Below the pieces are notes generated by a model. The model was not told the DNA's origin. It saw nothing but the letters and a program-made list of their open reading frames with translations, and ran no database searches. A stretch of DNA of 64,000 nt. Source: Kiritimatiellia bacterium. GTDB taxonomy: Bacteria; Verrucomicrobiota; Kiritimatiellia; WLWN01. The stretch lies in NCBI GenBank assembly GCA_012103575.1, contig WLWN01000001.1, positions 1,676,538 through 1,740,537 of the forward strand, given 5' to 3'. Position numbers and translations under genes: made by a program. Below, piece after piece: positions 29,417 to 39,908 of the stretch. Each line of letters opens with the position of its first letter. Position 1 is the stretch's first letter.

Positions 29417-29926
29417 GCTTTGCCTTGGCCATTGAGCTCACGAAATTTGTATATAGCAACAGTACTTTCTTTACTGCTCTCTTGGTATGCAAAAAATGCA
29501 GCTACGTATGGCGACCGAGTCCAATCTAGTAAAGGCGTCGGAAAACCATGATGCCGAATATAAACCATAAATCCGTAATTCTCAGGAGATGAAGGTTCAT
29601 CTCTATTCTCAAATACTGTTTCCCAGTTTTGATCTGTTAGCGATTCAAATGCCGCGATTGTCGGCTTAAGGATCTTTGTGTTGTATTCTATGATTGCAAG
29701 TAGTTCATCGTTTCGTCTTTCAAGTGTCGATTCAAGTTTCCACGAAGCACATTTATGGCCCCTAAAGAGGAGCTCGGAAAAATAGTAGTCCGCTTTGCTA
29801 AGGCGCTGCTCACCCTTTTGTAATTCCTTTTAGCCCAAATGGTTCGTGCAGAAAACCGCGTTTAACTGACGGATCCAGGATAGAGTTATCTGGAATTAAT
29901 TCGGTATATCTTTTTGACATAGACAT
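29417..29926 (-). pseudogene. FRG-domain protein, N-terminal part; disrupted by a half MITE near codon 17 and cut by IS630 at 29416
   Basis: MSMSKRYTELIPDNSI, then the MITE, then ..EQRLSKADYYFSELLFRGHKCASWKLESTLERR...YIRHHGFPTPLLDWTRSPYVAAFFAY. The FRG and HyG(L/F)PTxLLDWT motifs of the FRG domain are present. Confidence 0.65.
29813..29879 (+). repeat. Half copy (right arm only) of the 163-bp MITE
   Basis: CCCTTTTGTAATTCCTTTTAGCCCAAATGGTTCGTGCAGAAAACCGCGTTTAACTGACGGATCCAGG matches the right half of 44474-44636. The left half is absent. Confidence 0.8.
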
Positions 29927-30005
29927 AATGATTATTCAGTCTATTTGACTTTAATAGAGAATATTAACGAATTTTAAGATTTTGTCAAATTGAAAAGAAC
30001 GATCT

Positions 30006-30993
30006 ATGAAGGCAACTTCAAAACCTAAAAAATTGCTTGATCAGGTTCGAGAAATCTTGCGAATCCATCATTATTCCATTCGAACGGAGCAGTCTTATGT
30101 AAAATGGGTCAAGGATTATATTTTTTTTAACGGGAAGAAACATCCTCAAGAAATGGGAATTCCTGAAGTCGAACGGTTTTTGACCCATCTTGCTGTCAAT
30201 AAAAATTTGGCTTCAGGAACCCAAAACTAGGCGTTAAATGCCCTTGTTTTCCTCTACAAAAAAGTGTTGAGAAAACCTTTGGGTGAAAAGATCAATGCGG
30301 TTCGAGCGCGGAAGAAACAGCGATTACCGGTTGTTCTAAGTAAAGAGGAAGTTAGCCGCCTTTTAAAGGCTATGTCTGGCGTCCATGAGCTTATGGCACA
30401 ATTGATGTATGGCTGTGGGCTTCGGGTTATGGAAGTATTACGTTTACGGGTACAGGAGCTAGATTTTGATCAGGGGCTGCTTCTGGTTCGTCGCGGTAAG
30501 GGCGATAAAGATCGCTCTACTATCTTGCTGCCCGAATTACATGTGCCTCTGAAGGATCACGTAATCTTTGTCAGAAAACTGTATGAACAAGATGTAGAGA
30601 ATGGTACTTGCAATGTATATCTTCCTCATGCCCTTGCACAAAAGTATCGAGGGGGGCCCCGCGCATGGAACTGGCAATATGTATTCGCGTCCAAAAGCCT
30701 CTCTGTTGACCCTCGAGCAGGTGTAAGGCGTCGTCACCATATGGATGAAAGCAGTATTCAAAAATCGGTGGTGCATGCTGCTTGTTTGGTATAGATCCCC
30801 CAAGAAAGTTACCTGTCAGACCTTACGCCATTCTTTTGCTACTCATCTACTCGAAGCAGGGACCAATATTTGCATGGTACAAGAGCTTTTGGGTCATAAA
30901 GATGTAAAAACAACACAGATCTATACTCATGTTATGAAAAGAGACTTTCATCAGATCAAAAGCCCGTTAAGTATGTTGCTTCAGGCTACCTGA
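30006..30993 (+). pseudogene. intI: Integron-type integrase (IntI), degraded
   Basis: IRTEQSYVKWVKDYIFF and THLAVNKNLASGTQN*ALNALVFLY are present. So is the IntI-specific insertion [38 protein letters not shown], plus [13 protein letters not shown] and [16 protein letters not shown]. Lesions: TAG at 30228, TAG at 30792, a frameshift in the C5 run near 30797, and H-to-Q in the HxxR box (CQTLRHS). Confidence 0.8.
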
Positions 30994-31017
30994 TTGAAAA
31001 ATTGATAGGATTAAAAA

Positions 31018-31254
31018 ATGATTACGAAAGCTACAAGCTGTACCCTTGTTCTGGTCTTGAGTTTGTGCTGCTCTTGTTCAAAGAAATGGTATGTAAACGA
31101 TCAAGGTGTTACTGGCGATATTTTTACGTGTATCCCGGGCGACAACACAAAAGGAACAAGCAGTAAAAAGAAACCTTTTGCAATAGTTAACGTTACTGTC
31201 GAGCACACACGATTTTCAACAAATAAAAAGGGAACCATAAAATCTTCAGTATGA
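31018..31254 (+). CDS. Small hypothetical lipoprotein
   Basis: 78-aa ORF with signal peptide and lipobox-like LVLSLCC. No recognisable domain. Confidence 0.35.
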   Translation: MITKATSCTLVLVLSLCCSCSKKWYVNDQGVTGDIFTCIPGDNTKGTSSKKKPFAIVNVTVEHTRFSTNKKGTIKSSV

Positions 31255-31448
31255 CCCTCCCCCGGACATCCCTCTTATCCCGGGGCATACCTCTGCGCTC
31301 AACTGGATTATCTGGGTTCAACAACGCAACGAATAATTGCATCTTATAATCGACTTAGGGTATAAACACATTTCGATAAATGTTGAACTGGCATCTTGTT
31401 TTCGTGGAGAGTGGTCTTATGGACCGGTCACATCTTTAAAATACCAAC

Positions 31449-34400
31449 GTGTTACAAGGAGTACGGGTGAGCAAACAACCTTTTGTCCATTTACATTTTC
31501 ATACTCAGTACAGCCTTTTGGATGGAGCGTGTCGTGTCAAAAGCGCCATGGAAACGGCACAAGCCCAGGGTATGTCTGCGGTCGCGATTACCGATCACGG
31601 TGTATTGTATGGGGCTGTTGATTTTTATAAGACGGCTAAAAGTTACGGGGTGAAGCCGATCTTGGGGTGTGAAGTGTATACGACGCCTGAAAATACCGGT
31701 ATGACAGAACGAAAAACCGGTCGCGATGGCAGCCAATCCAATCATCTTGTTCTGCTTGCTGAAAACGAAGTAGGTTATCAGAACTTGGTACAACTTGTAT
31801 CCAGAGCACATTTAGACGGATTTTATTATAAACCTAGGATCGATAAAGCCCTTCTTAGAGAATATAACGAAGGGCTTATCGGGTTATCCGCTTGTTTAAA
31901 AGGCGAGATTCCCGAGCACTGCGTGCGTGGCGATGTCGATGGGGCGGTCCAAAAAACCGAAGAATTTACTGATATCTTAGGCAAAGACAATTTCTACATA
32001 GAACTTCAGGATCACGGTATTCAAGAACAGCGTATTGCCAATGAGGGATTGCTTGAAGTGGCTAAACGTACAGGTCTTCCTCTTGTGGCTACCAACGATG
32101 TCCATTATATAGCGCCTGAACATCACACCGCCCACGACGTGATGATTTGTTTGCAAACCCAATCCGTTATGAGTGACCCAAATCGGATGAAATACCAGTC
32201 CGATCAGTTTTACATGAAAACGCCTGAAGAAATGTGGGACCTTTTTAGGGAATATCCTGATGCATTAAAGAATACATTGGCGATTGCAGAGCGCTGTAAC
32301 GTTGAACTTCAGCTCGACAAAGAATTCCATTTTCCTCTTTATCAACTCCCGGAAGGTGAAAATCAGAAACATTATTTAGCCCAGGTTGCCAAAGAAGGGT
32401 TGAAGTATCGGTATGGTGTTGAGGATGTTGATCATCCAAAAAATGAAGAAGAAAAGAAGATTGCAGATCGATTTTACCATGAACTAAACGTGATCGAAAA
32501 AACAGGGTTCATCAATTATTTCCTCGTGGTCTGGGATTTTGTGCGTTTTGCCCGGGAACGCCACATTCCTGTTGGGCCAGGTCGTGGATCAGGAGCGGGA
32601 AGCATTATGGCCTATGTATTAGGCATTACGGGTATTGATCCATTACAATACGATTTAATTTTTGAACGTTTTTTGAATCCTGATCGTGTTTCACCCCCTG
32701 ATTTTGATATTGATTTCTGCCAATCTCGACGGGATGAGGTTATTGATTACGTTAAAGAAAAATATGGACGCGATAGCGTGGCTCAAATCATTACTTTCGG
32801 GACACTAGGGGCAAAAACGGTTATTCGTGATGTGGGTCGTGTATTGGAAATACCCTTCAATGAATGTGATCGCCTCGCCAAATTGATACCTGAAGAACCT
32901 GGTATGACCCTGGAAAAAGCGCTTCAACAGAGTCCTGACTTTAAGAAAGCGACCGAAACCGAAGAACATGCAAAACGTATCATGCAACATGCACGTGTTC
33001 TTGAAGGGCTGCCTCGCAATCCTGGAACGCATGCCGCAGGCGTTGTTATTGGAGAAAAACCATTAGTAGAAATTCTTCCTCTTGCGCGTGATAAAGACAA
33101 AGAAGTAGTCACACAATTTGAGATGAAACCGTTGGAGCAAACGGGTCTTTTAAAAATGGATTTCTTGGGTCTTAAAACGTTAACCGTTATTCAAGAAACC
33201 ATTGACCACGTTAAAAAAACAAAAGATATCGACCTTGATATGGAAACCTTGCCCATGAATGATGAGCCTACTTTCGCCTTATTAAATCGGGGCGATACCA
33301 TTGGGGTGTTCCAAATTGAAAGTCAGGGGATGCGCGATTTGCTCAGAAGAATAGGGCTCACCTGTTTTGAGGAGATTATTGCGATGATCGCCTTGTTCAG
33401 ACCCGGACCTATGAATATGTTGGATGATTATGTAAACCGTAAACACGGAAAGGTGAAAATCAAATATGACCACTCTCTCCTTGAACCGATTCTTAAGGAA
33501 ACATATGGCGTGATGCTCTATCAGGAGCAGGTTCAGCGGGCTGCCAATGTGTTAGCCGGTTATTCGTTGGGTGAAGGAGATATTTTGCGTCGTGCCATGG
33601 GTAAAAAAACTATGGAAGAAATGACGCAGCAACGAGATAAATTTGTGAAGGGCTGCGCTCAACATAATAAAATTAATGCAAAAACTGCAGAAAAAATCTT
33701 TAACAATATAGAACGATTTGCCGGGTACGGTTTTAATAAATCACATAGCGCGGCATACGCTATTCTTTCTTACCAAACCGCTTTTTTTAAAGCCCATTAT
33801 CCTTCAGAATTTATGGCCGCTTTGCTTTCTTCAGAAATGGGGAATGCGGATAAGCTTCCTATGCTTATTGCAGAAGCACAGGAAATGGAAATTGAAATGT
33901 TTCCCCCAGATGTTAACGAAAGCGAAGTGCGGTTTCGTCCCGTTATTAACGGCATGCGGTTTGGATTGGCCGGTGTTAAAAACATTGGCGTGGGTGTCGT
34001 CGAATCGATTATTAAAGAGCGAGAAATGGATGGGCCCTTTAAAGACGGGTTGGTTGAATTTTGCAGTCGACTCGATTCGAAGGCGAATAATAAGAAGGTG
34101 CTGGAAAGTTTGGTTAAATGTGGTGCGTTTGATTACACAAAACAGTCTCGTGGACGCCTTTTTAATGGGATTGAATTTGCCATCAATCGGGCCTCAGAAG
34201 CGAACAAAGATCGTCAGTCTGGACAAGGTTCTTTGTTCGATATCTTGGAAGACAAAAGTGAAGAATTTAGGAAGGATGAATTACCCCCAGCAGAACCTTG
34301 GCCGGCTAGCCAGATGCTTTCTGCAGAAAAAGAGTTGCTTGGTTTTTATATTTCCGGTCATCCACTAACAGCCTTTGAATGGACATTAACCCATTACAAC

Positions 34401-35012
34401 CTGGCGAATATGAAGGAACTCAGCTCTATTGAAGCAGGAACGTCGACTCGAATCGGAGGGCTTGTTTCGCATTATCAAAAAAAGTTTACAAAACGAACTC
34501 AAGAGCCGATGGCTATCTTTCGACTTGCAGGGCTTCAAGGATGGGTAGAGGTCGTTGCTTTTCCGGACGCGTTTAGAGAGTATGGGGTTTATCTTCAAGA
34601 AGATGTGCCGATTATGATCTGTGGTGAGATTTCACAAGATGACCGATTAAAAATGATTGCGGGAGAGATGTATCCGCTTGAAAGAGTACATGACCATTTT
34701 ACGCAAAATATCAGCATTCATCTTTCAGCCGCCAACCTCCAAGACGATCGGTTGGAGAGGATTAAGAGCATACTTCGACGACATCCGGGGAACATTCCTG
34801 TAACCGTCTGTTTGCAATTTCCAGGAGGTGAAAAAGTCTTTATTAAAACAGATCGCAGATTAAAGGTGTCCGCGCGGGAAAAGCTTGTCCATGAATTAGA
34901 GCATTGTATCGGGGAAGATTCTATTTATGTGGCCATCAACCGCAGTCCGTATAAACATGGAGATCAGGAACGGCGTAACGCAAAAGGGTGGGCTAAGCGT
35001 AAAGCCGGGTAA
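31449..35012 (+). CDS. dnaE: DNA polymerase III alpha subunit
   Basis: PHP domain FVHLHFHTQYSLLDGA, palm/fingers motifs (DFDIDF, GLLKMDFLGL, FNKSHSAAYA), and an OB-fold C-terminus. The start could be the GTG at 31467. Confidence 0.95.
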   Translation: MLQGVRVSKQPFVHLHFHTQYSLLDGACRVKSAMETAQAQGMSAVAITDHGVLYGAVDFYKTAKSYGVKPILGCEVYTTPENTGMTERKTGRDGSQSNHLVLLAENEVGYQNLVQLVSRAHLDGFYYKPRIDKALLREYNEGLIGLSACLKGEIPEHCVRGDVDGAVQKTEEFTDILGKDNFYIELQDHGIQEQRIANEGLLEVAKRTGLPLVATNDVHYIAPEHHTAHDVMICLQTQSVMSDPNRMKYQSDQFYMKTPEEMWDLFREYPDALKNTLAIAERCNVELQLDKEFHFPLYQLPEGENQKHYLAQVAKEGLKYRYGVEDVDHPKNEEEKKIADRFYHELNVIEKTGFINYFLVVWDFVRFARERHIPVGPGRGSGAGSIMAYVLGITGIDPLQYDLIFERFLNPDRVSPPDFDIDFCQSRRDEVIDYVKEKYGRDSVAQIITFGTLGAKTVIRDVGRVLEIPFNECDRLAKLIPEEPGMTLEKALQQSPDFKKATETEEHAKRIMQHARVLEGLPRNPGTHAAGVVIGEKPLVEILPLARDKDKEVVTQFEMKPLEQTGLLKMDFLGLKTLTVIQETIDHVKKTKDIDLDMETLPMNDEPTFALLNRGDTIGVFQIESQGMRDLLRRIGLTCFEEIIAMIALFRPGPMNMLDDYVNRKHGKVKIKYDHSLLEPILKETYGVMLYQEQVQRAANVLAGYSLGEGDILRRAMGKKTMEEMTQQRDKFVKGCAQHNKINAKTAEKIFNNIERFAGYGFNKSHSAAYAILSYQTAFFKAHYPSEFMAALLSSEMGNADKLPMLIAEAQEMEIEMFPPDVNESEVRFRPVINGMRFGLAGVKNIGVGVVESIIKEREMDGPFKDGLVEFCSRLDSKANNKKVLESLVKCGAFDYTKQSRGRLFNGIEFAINRASEANKDRQSGQGSLFDILEDKSEEFRKDELPPAEPWPASQMLSAEKELLGFYISGHPLTAFEWTLTHYNLANMKELSSIEAGTSTRIGGLVSHYQKKFTKRTQEPMAIFRLAGLQGWVEVVAFPDAFREYGVYLQEDVPIMICGEISQDDRLKMIAGEMYPLERVHDHFTQNISIHLSAANLQDDRLERIKSILRRHPGNIPVTVCLQFPGGEKVFIKTDRRLKVSAREKLVHELEHCIGEDSIYVAINRSPYKHGDQERRNAKGWAKRKAG

Positions 35013-35113
35013 GAGGGGATGACAAAGGTAGGCGGTCCGTGATCTAAACGTGAGAAGAAAAGTTTTCGATGGCCTCAGATGTTATCCTACGCTTAATACA
35101 TGATCTCTTGAGC

Positions 35114-35764
35114 TCAAGGAGCTAGCCGTTGAATCTTCCATTCTTGATGGGTGAAAGTATATTGGAAGCGATCATGAAGGCGACACGGGCGACCCTGCCA
35201 AAATTCAAAAAGGGTGGGCTTCAGTCGATAGCCGCCCCATGCAGGGGGAGCAGGAATTTTATCCGTATTGTATCTAGCTTTGTAATCGTTACATTTCTCT
35301 TCCAATATCTGACGGTTTGCGATGGGTTTACTTTGGGGAGAGACCCAAGCTCCAATTTGGCTTTCTGTGGGTCGGCTTTGGAAGTACGCTTCTGATTTTT
35401 TGACGGAGGTTTTTTTCACGGTTCCCTCAATTTTGATTTGTCTTTCCAAGGTCGGCCAATAAAAAAGCAATGCGCCATTAGGATTTTCATTGAGCTCTTT
35501 TGCTTTTCGACTTTCATAATTCGTATAAAAAACAAAACCGCTTTCGTCATATTCTTTAAGCAACACGGTGCGAATAGAAGGCCTTCCAACGCCATCGGCT
35601 GTTGCCAAGGTCATGGCATTAAAATCAATCAATTTTGCGTTTAAGGCCGATTTGAACCATTGCTGAAATTGCTCGAAAGGGTTCGCCAAAAGGCTCTCTT
35701 CGTTTAACGTTTCCTGTGTATATTCGCGATGAAGTTGAAGAAAGTTTTTTTGACCTATTTTCAA
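35114..35764 (-). CDS. pdxH: Pyridoxamine 5'-phosphate oxidase
   Basis: RTVLLKEYDESGFVFYTNYESRKAKEL, IEG..., WGGYRLKPTLFEFWQGRPCRLHDR: canonical PdxH motifs. Confidence 0.9.
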   Translation of the reverse strand: MKIGQKNFLQLHREYTQETLNEESLLANPFEQFQQWFKSALNAKLIDFNAMTLATADGVGRPSIRTVLLKEYDESGFVFYTNYESRKAKELNENPNGALLFYWPTLERQIKIEGTVKKTSVKKSEAYFQSRPTESQIGAWVSPQSKPIANRQILEEKCNDYKARYNTDKIPAPPAWGGYRLKPTLFEFWQGRPCRLHDRFQYTFTHQEWKIQRLAP

Positions 35765-36405
35765 ATTCTGTTCCTAATCTTTTTTAATACGCTTCCCAGA
35801 ATGGGGATTTTTTCATATACGGTTCCCGCTACATCCCAATAGTCTTGTTGAAAAATGATCTTTCCTTCCTTATTATAGCGGACATGGGACATTCCCGTTG
35901 CGTTCATCGGACGATCTTTATACCGTTTGAGGGTAAGATCCATCCACCACCGAAAATAATAGTTGCCTTTATGGTTGGCTACATCCTGAATATCAAAGGT
36001 ACAAGACTCGATCGTATCTGTTGACTCCAAAAAATAGTTTTCAATTTCATCAATACCTTCAACGGTTTTAAAAGGGTCGGCAAAAAAAGCGTTTTCAGCA
36101 TAGAGATTGCGAACATTCTTTTGGATCTTTTCATGCGAATAGTCTTGGTAGAATTCAATAAATTGAGCCATCGCTCTTTTTACGGTCGCGGAATCCGGCT
36201 CCATAAGCTGTACTTGGCCAGCATCCGTTGTTTTTAATGCGTTTTGATAGAGCTGATTTCGATTTATCCTATTCTTTATCGGTGTAGAGCAAGCATTTAA
36301 AAATAATAGACCGATGATTGGATATATCCAGTTTTTGATCTGCATGAAAGATTCCTTTTTAAGTATGTAGAGAATAAGTTTGCACTTTCCAGGCAAGTCG
36401 GGCAT
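35761..36405 (-). CDS. NTF2/SnoaL-like fold lipoprotein (predicted)
   Basis: Internal start MQIKNWIYPIIGLLFLNACSTP gives a lipobox. Its stop overlaps the pdxH start by 4 nt. It is divergent from the desaturase gene. Confidence 0.4.
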   Translation of the reverse strand: MPDLPGKCKLILYILKKESFMQIKNWIYPIIGLLFLNACSTPIKNRINRNQLYQNALKTTDAGQVQLMEPDSATVKRAMAQFIEFYQDYSHEKIQKNVRNLYAENAFFADPFKTVEGIDEIENYFLESTDTIESCTFDIQDVANHKGNYYFRWWMDLTLKRYKDRPMNATGMSHVRYNKEGKIIFQQDYWDVAGTVYEKIPILGSVLKKIRNRI

Positions 36406-36471
36406 TTTCCTCGGCTATACCCATACCCGTATATGCGTTTACATGCCGAATAGTATAGAACATCGAGATAT

Positions 36472-37386
36472 ATGAATCCATTAAAAAAAATATACAATAT
36501 TTACCGAAAAATATTTTCCGAAGAAGAGAATATTACGTTGATCGACGGTTGTCCAATTGCGTTTGTCCATTTAGTATGCCTGACCATCCCATGGGTCGGG
36601 TTTAGCGTGACGGCGGTGATCGCTTGTTTTGCGGCATATGCATTACGTGTATTTTCGCTTACAGGAGGGTATCACAGATATTTTTCACACCGGTCCTATA
36701 AAACAAGTCGTGTTTTTCAATTTATACTTGCGTTTCTAGGTGGCTCAGCAGCACAATTAGGTGCCCTTTGGTGGGCGGCCCATCATCGGCATCATCATGA
36801 ACATTCTGACACCAAGAAAGATATCCACTCTCCACACCGCCGGGGCTTCTTTTTCGCGCATATTGGATGGGTGTTATGTGACCGTTATTCGGAGACACAA
36901 CTCGAACACATAGGGGACTTTGCTCGCTATCCTGAATTACGGTTCCTGAATCGTTTCCATATTATTCCTCCCTTAACCTTAGGTCTCATCATGTACGGGC
37001 TCGGATACTTTTTTCAGACTCATTATCCTCATTTGAATACGTCCCCTTGGCAAATGGTGGTATGGGGATTCTTTGTGAGTACGGTACTGGTCTACCACGC
37101 AACTTTTTGTATTAACTCCGTCACTCATATGATGGGGAAAAAACGATTTCGCATTAAAGACGATAGTCGAAACAGTTTTTTACTTGCTTTTTTAACCATG
37201 GGAGAAGGGTGGCATAACAACCATCATCGATATCCTATGGCCACTCGACAGGGGCTTTATTGGTGGGAAATTGATATGACCTACTACATCCTCGTCCTGC
37301 TTTCCAAGCTGGGTCTCATATGGGATTTACAAAAACATCCCCAAATGATCTACGAAGAAGCACGTCAAATCAAACAAGATATATAA
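36472..37386 (+). CDS. Membrane acyl-CoA/acyl-lipid delta-9-type fatty acid desaturase
   Basis: Three His boxes: HRYFSH, HHRHHHEHSD, HNNHHRYP. Four predicted TM segments. Confidence 0.85.
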   Translation: MNPLKKIYNIYRKIFSEEENITLIDGCPIAFVHLVCLTIPWVGFSVTAVIACFAAYALRVFSLTGGYHRYFSHRSYKTSRVFQFILAFLGGSAAQLGALWWAAHHRHHHEHSDTKKDIHSPHRRGFFFAHIGWVLCDRYSETQLEHIGDFARYPELRFLNRFHIIPPLTLGLIMYGLGYFFQTHYPHLNTSPWQMVVWGFFVSTVLVYHATFCINSVTHMMGKKRFRIKDDSRNSFLLAFLTMGEGWHNNHHRYPMATRQGLYWWEIDMTYYILVLLSKLGLIWDLQKHPQMIYEEARQIKQDI

Positions 37387-37655
37387 GGCAGTCGGGATTG
37401 TAAAATCTGGAGAAAGATAAAGCCCAAGGTCTTGAAGGCGAGGTGAATTACTTTAAGGCGCACCGCGACCCTATAGATTATCAGGCTGCTAAATGAGGGG
37501 GTTGCCCTAAAGGGTCTGGAGCCATGGAATCGACCTGTGCCCAATTCCAAACCCGATTCAAACGAACCGGTCAATTTTGGATACCTCCTAGAAAGCATCA
37601 CTTAATCGCTCTGGAATTAGCACGGCAGAATCATGACGGGGATGATATTTGGTAG
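37385..37655 (+). pseudogene. C-terminal remnant of a transposase (ISKra4-like pattern; family uncertain)
   Basis: EVNYFKAHRDPIDYQAAK*GGCPKGSGAMESTCAQFQTRFKRTGQFWIPPRKHHLIALELARQNHDGDDIW* contains an in-frame stop. The G-SG-x-ES-x-C...R-x-K-x-x-G-x-x-W pattern is that of a transposase C-terminus. Confidence 0.4.
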
Positions 37656-37682
37656 TATGACCCAGATGCGCCTCAAATAACT

Positions 37683-37718
37683 AGCCGTTCTAATTTTGAT
37701 TTCAAATTTCAAATGGCT
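37683..37718. promoter_or_regulatory. Degenerate copy of the A/T palindrome upstream of tRNA-Val, followed by a TTGACT -35-like hexamer (37724-37729)
   Basis: AGCCGTTCTAATTTTGATTTCAAATTTCAAATGGCT, then GTGAC-TTGACT-16 nt-TAAGCT, with the tRNA 5' end 16 nt further on. Confidence 0.45.
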
Positions 37719-37767
37719 GTGACTTGACTTCGTAAAGCAGACCGTTAAGCTACCCCTCTTATTTTTC

Positions 37768-37842
37768 GGGCGGTTAGCTCAGCGGGAGAGCGGCTGGTTT
37801 ACACCCAGTAGGTCACAGGTTCGAATCCTGTACCGCCCACCA
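37768..37842 (+). tRNA. tRNA-Val (anticodon UAC), CCA encoded
   Basis: GGGCGGTTAGCTCAGCGGGAGAGCGGCTGGTTTACACCCAGTAGGTCACAGGTTCGAATCCTGTACCGCCCACCA. Acceptor GGGCGGT/ACCGCCC, anticodon loop TTTACAC, T-loop GGTTCGAATCC. Confidence 0.92.
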
Positions 37843-37972
37843 GGTTTCGTGTCGAACATCGTAATAATAAGAAGCCTGTCACGGCGTAGCGTGTCGTGTG
37901 AGCAAAGCCAGACTGGCCACAACGCTACGTTTTGGTGCAACCCTTATACTCCAGAAGAAAGGTTATAGATTA

Positions 37973-39238
37973 ATGAGTTACAACAAAATTGAAGTTCCTG
38001 AAAACGGCGAAAAGATTGCCATGGGAGATGATACGTATCTTCAGGTCCCCCATCATCCCATTATCCCTTTTATTGAAGGGGATGGTACGGGGAAAGATCT
38101 CACTCATGCAGCCATGCTTGTATGGAATGCGGCCGTTGAAAAAGCATACGGAGGGACCCGTCAGGTTCAATGGATGGAAGTCTATGCCGGGGAAAAAGCA
38201 AACGAAGTCTATGGTGAACCCATCTGGTTACCTCCCGAAACATTAGAAGCGGTCAAAGAATTTCTTGTAGCCATTAAAGGGCCTTTAACCACACCCGTAG
38301 GTGGTGGGATACAAAGTCTAAATGTGGCCTTACGCCAAGAACTTGATCTTTATGTATGTTTACGTCCTGTACGTTGGTTCAAAGGGGTTCCCTCCCCTGT
38401 CAAAAATCCTGAACGTACGGACATGGTTATTTTTCGTGAAAACTCTGAGGACATTTATGCGGGTGTAGAGTGGGAAGAAGGAACGTCAGAAGTTAGAAAA
38501 GTTATTGACTTTTTACAACAAGAAATGGGTGTTAAAAAAATTCGTTTCCCTGAAACTTCAGGGATTGGCATAAAACCGGTTTCTAAAGAAGGAACGACTC
38601 GTTTAAATAAAGCCGCTATTCAATATGCCATTGATAACAATCGTAAATCCGTGACGCTTGTTCATAAAGGGAATATTATGAAGTTTACCGAGGGCGCTTT
38701 TTGCGACTGGGGATATGAAACCGCTAAAACCCATTTTGGAGCTCAAGACCTTGATGGCGGTCCTTGGCAAGTCATTAAAAACCCAAGCACAGGTGAGAAC
38801 ATTATAATTAAAGACGTTATTGCAGATGCCTTTTTGCAGCAAATTCTTACTCGCCCAGCTGAATATGATGTGATCGCTACCATGAACCTAAACGGAGACT
38901 ATATTTCTGATGCGCTAGCCGCTTGTGTTGGAGGGATAGGAATTGCGCCAGGCGCAAACATTAACTATGAAACAGGGGTGTCAATCTTTGAAGCAACTCA
39001 TGGTACGGCGCCCAAATATGCCGGGCAAGATAAAGTCAATCCTGGTTCCCTTATTTTATCCGGGGCTATGATGTTTCGTTATATGAGGTGGCAAGAGGCG
39101 GCGGATCTTACTATCACCGGGATCGAAAAGACCATTAGTAATAAGACCGTAACATACGATTTCGAACGATTGATGGAGGGAGCTACGTTGCTCAAATGCA
39201 GTGAATTTGGTCAAGCGATTGTCGATAACATGGAATAA
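37973..39238 (+). CDS. icd: NADP-dependent isocitrate dehydrogenase (homodimeric type)
   Basis: [47 protein letters not shown] prefer the start at [15 protein letters not shown] by colinearity with E. coli Icd. Confidence 0.93.
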   Translation: MSYNKIEVPENGEKIAMGDDTYLQVPHHPIIPFIEGDGTGKDLTHAAMLVWNAAVEKAYGGTRQVQWMEVYAGEKANEVYGEPIWLPPETLEAVKEFLVAIKGPLTTPVGGGIQSLNVALRQELDLYVCLRPVRWFKGVPSPVKNPERTDMVIFRENSEDIYAGVEWEEGTSEVRKVIDFLQQEMGVKKIRFPETSGIGIKPVSKEGTTRLNKAAIQYAIDNNRKSVTLVHKGNIMKFTEGAFCDWGYETAKTHFGAQDLDGGPWQVIKNPSTGENIIIKDVIADAFLQQILTRPAEYDVIATMNLNGDYISDALAACVGGIGIAPGANINYETGVSIFEATHGTAPKYAGQDKVNPGSLILSGAMMFRYMRWQEAADLTITGIEKTISNKTVTYDFERLMEGATLLKCSEFGQAIVDNME

Positions 39239-39281
39239 TCCCAAATTTGGAATCTAGGTCTATTCGTTATCGGTTATTAGG

Positions 39282-39815
39282 GTGCTTCAAAGGAATAAAG
39301 ACATAACATTGGATATGGAAAAAAAATCCGATAGCCCTTTTTTCTCCCCAGATGCCATGCAGGAGGAAAGGGAAAATCTACGAGCTCAGAATAAAACCGT
39401 TGTATTCACGAATGGCTGTTTCGATATCCTGCATGTGGGCCATGTTTCCTATCTCTCCTTTGCAAAACAGCAAGGGGATATTCTGATTGTCGGCCTAAAT
39501 TCTGATCAATCTATTAAACGTATAAAAGGGGTCTATCGTCCCGTTGTCTCTGAAAAGGATCGTGCATCCGTTCTCTTGGCGCTCGAATCTGTAGATTATG
39601 TCATTATCTTTAATGAAGAAGAGCCGGCATCACTAATCGAGCTATTACTCCCTGATGTCCTTGTTAAAGGGGAAGATTGGGCCCATTATGTAAGCGGGCG
39701 AGGTGTTGTCGAAGCAAATGGGGGGTGTGTAGTTCTTGCGCCCATGGTTAAAGGACATTCGTCTAGCGACATTATAGAGCGCATCCAAAAATACTATGGC
39801 GCTGGGCCGCGTTAA
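39282..39815 (+). CDS. D-glycero-beta-D-manno-heptose 1-phosphate adenylyltransferase (RfaE/HldE domain II type)
   Basis: Cytidylyltransferase fold with TNGCFDILHVGHVSYL and LIVGLNSD. The true start may be the ATG at 39315. Confidence 0.8.
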   Translation: MLQRNKDITLDMEKKSDSPFFSPDAMQEERENLRAQNKTVVFTNGCFDILHVGHVSYLSFAKQQGDILIVGLNSDQSIKRIKGVYRPVVSEKDRASVLLALESVDYVIIFNEEEPASLIELLLPDVLVKGEDWAHYVSGRGVVEANGGCVVLAPMVKGHSSSDIIERIQKYYGAGPR

Positions 39816-39908
39816 TACATATAGACGCGGTAGTCGGTAGGTTTATTGCTCGGTTGGAACCCATACTTCAAGAATTGGAAAGCGTTTAACTAGGTTCTGT
39901 CCTGAAAC

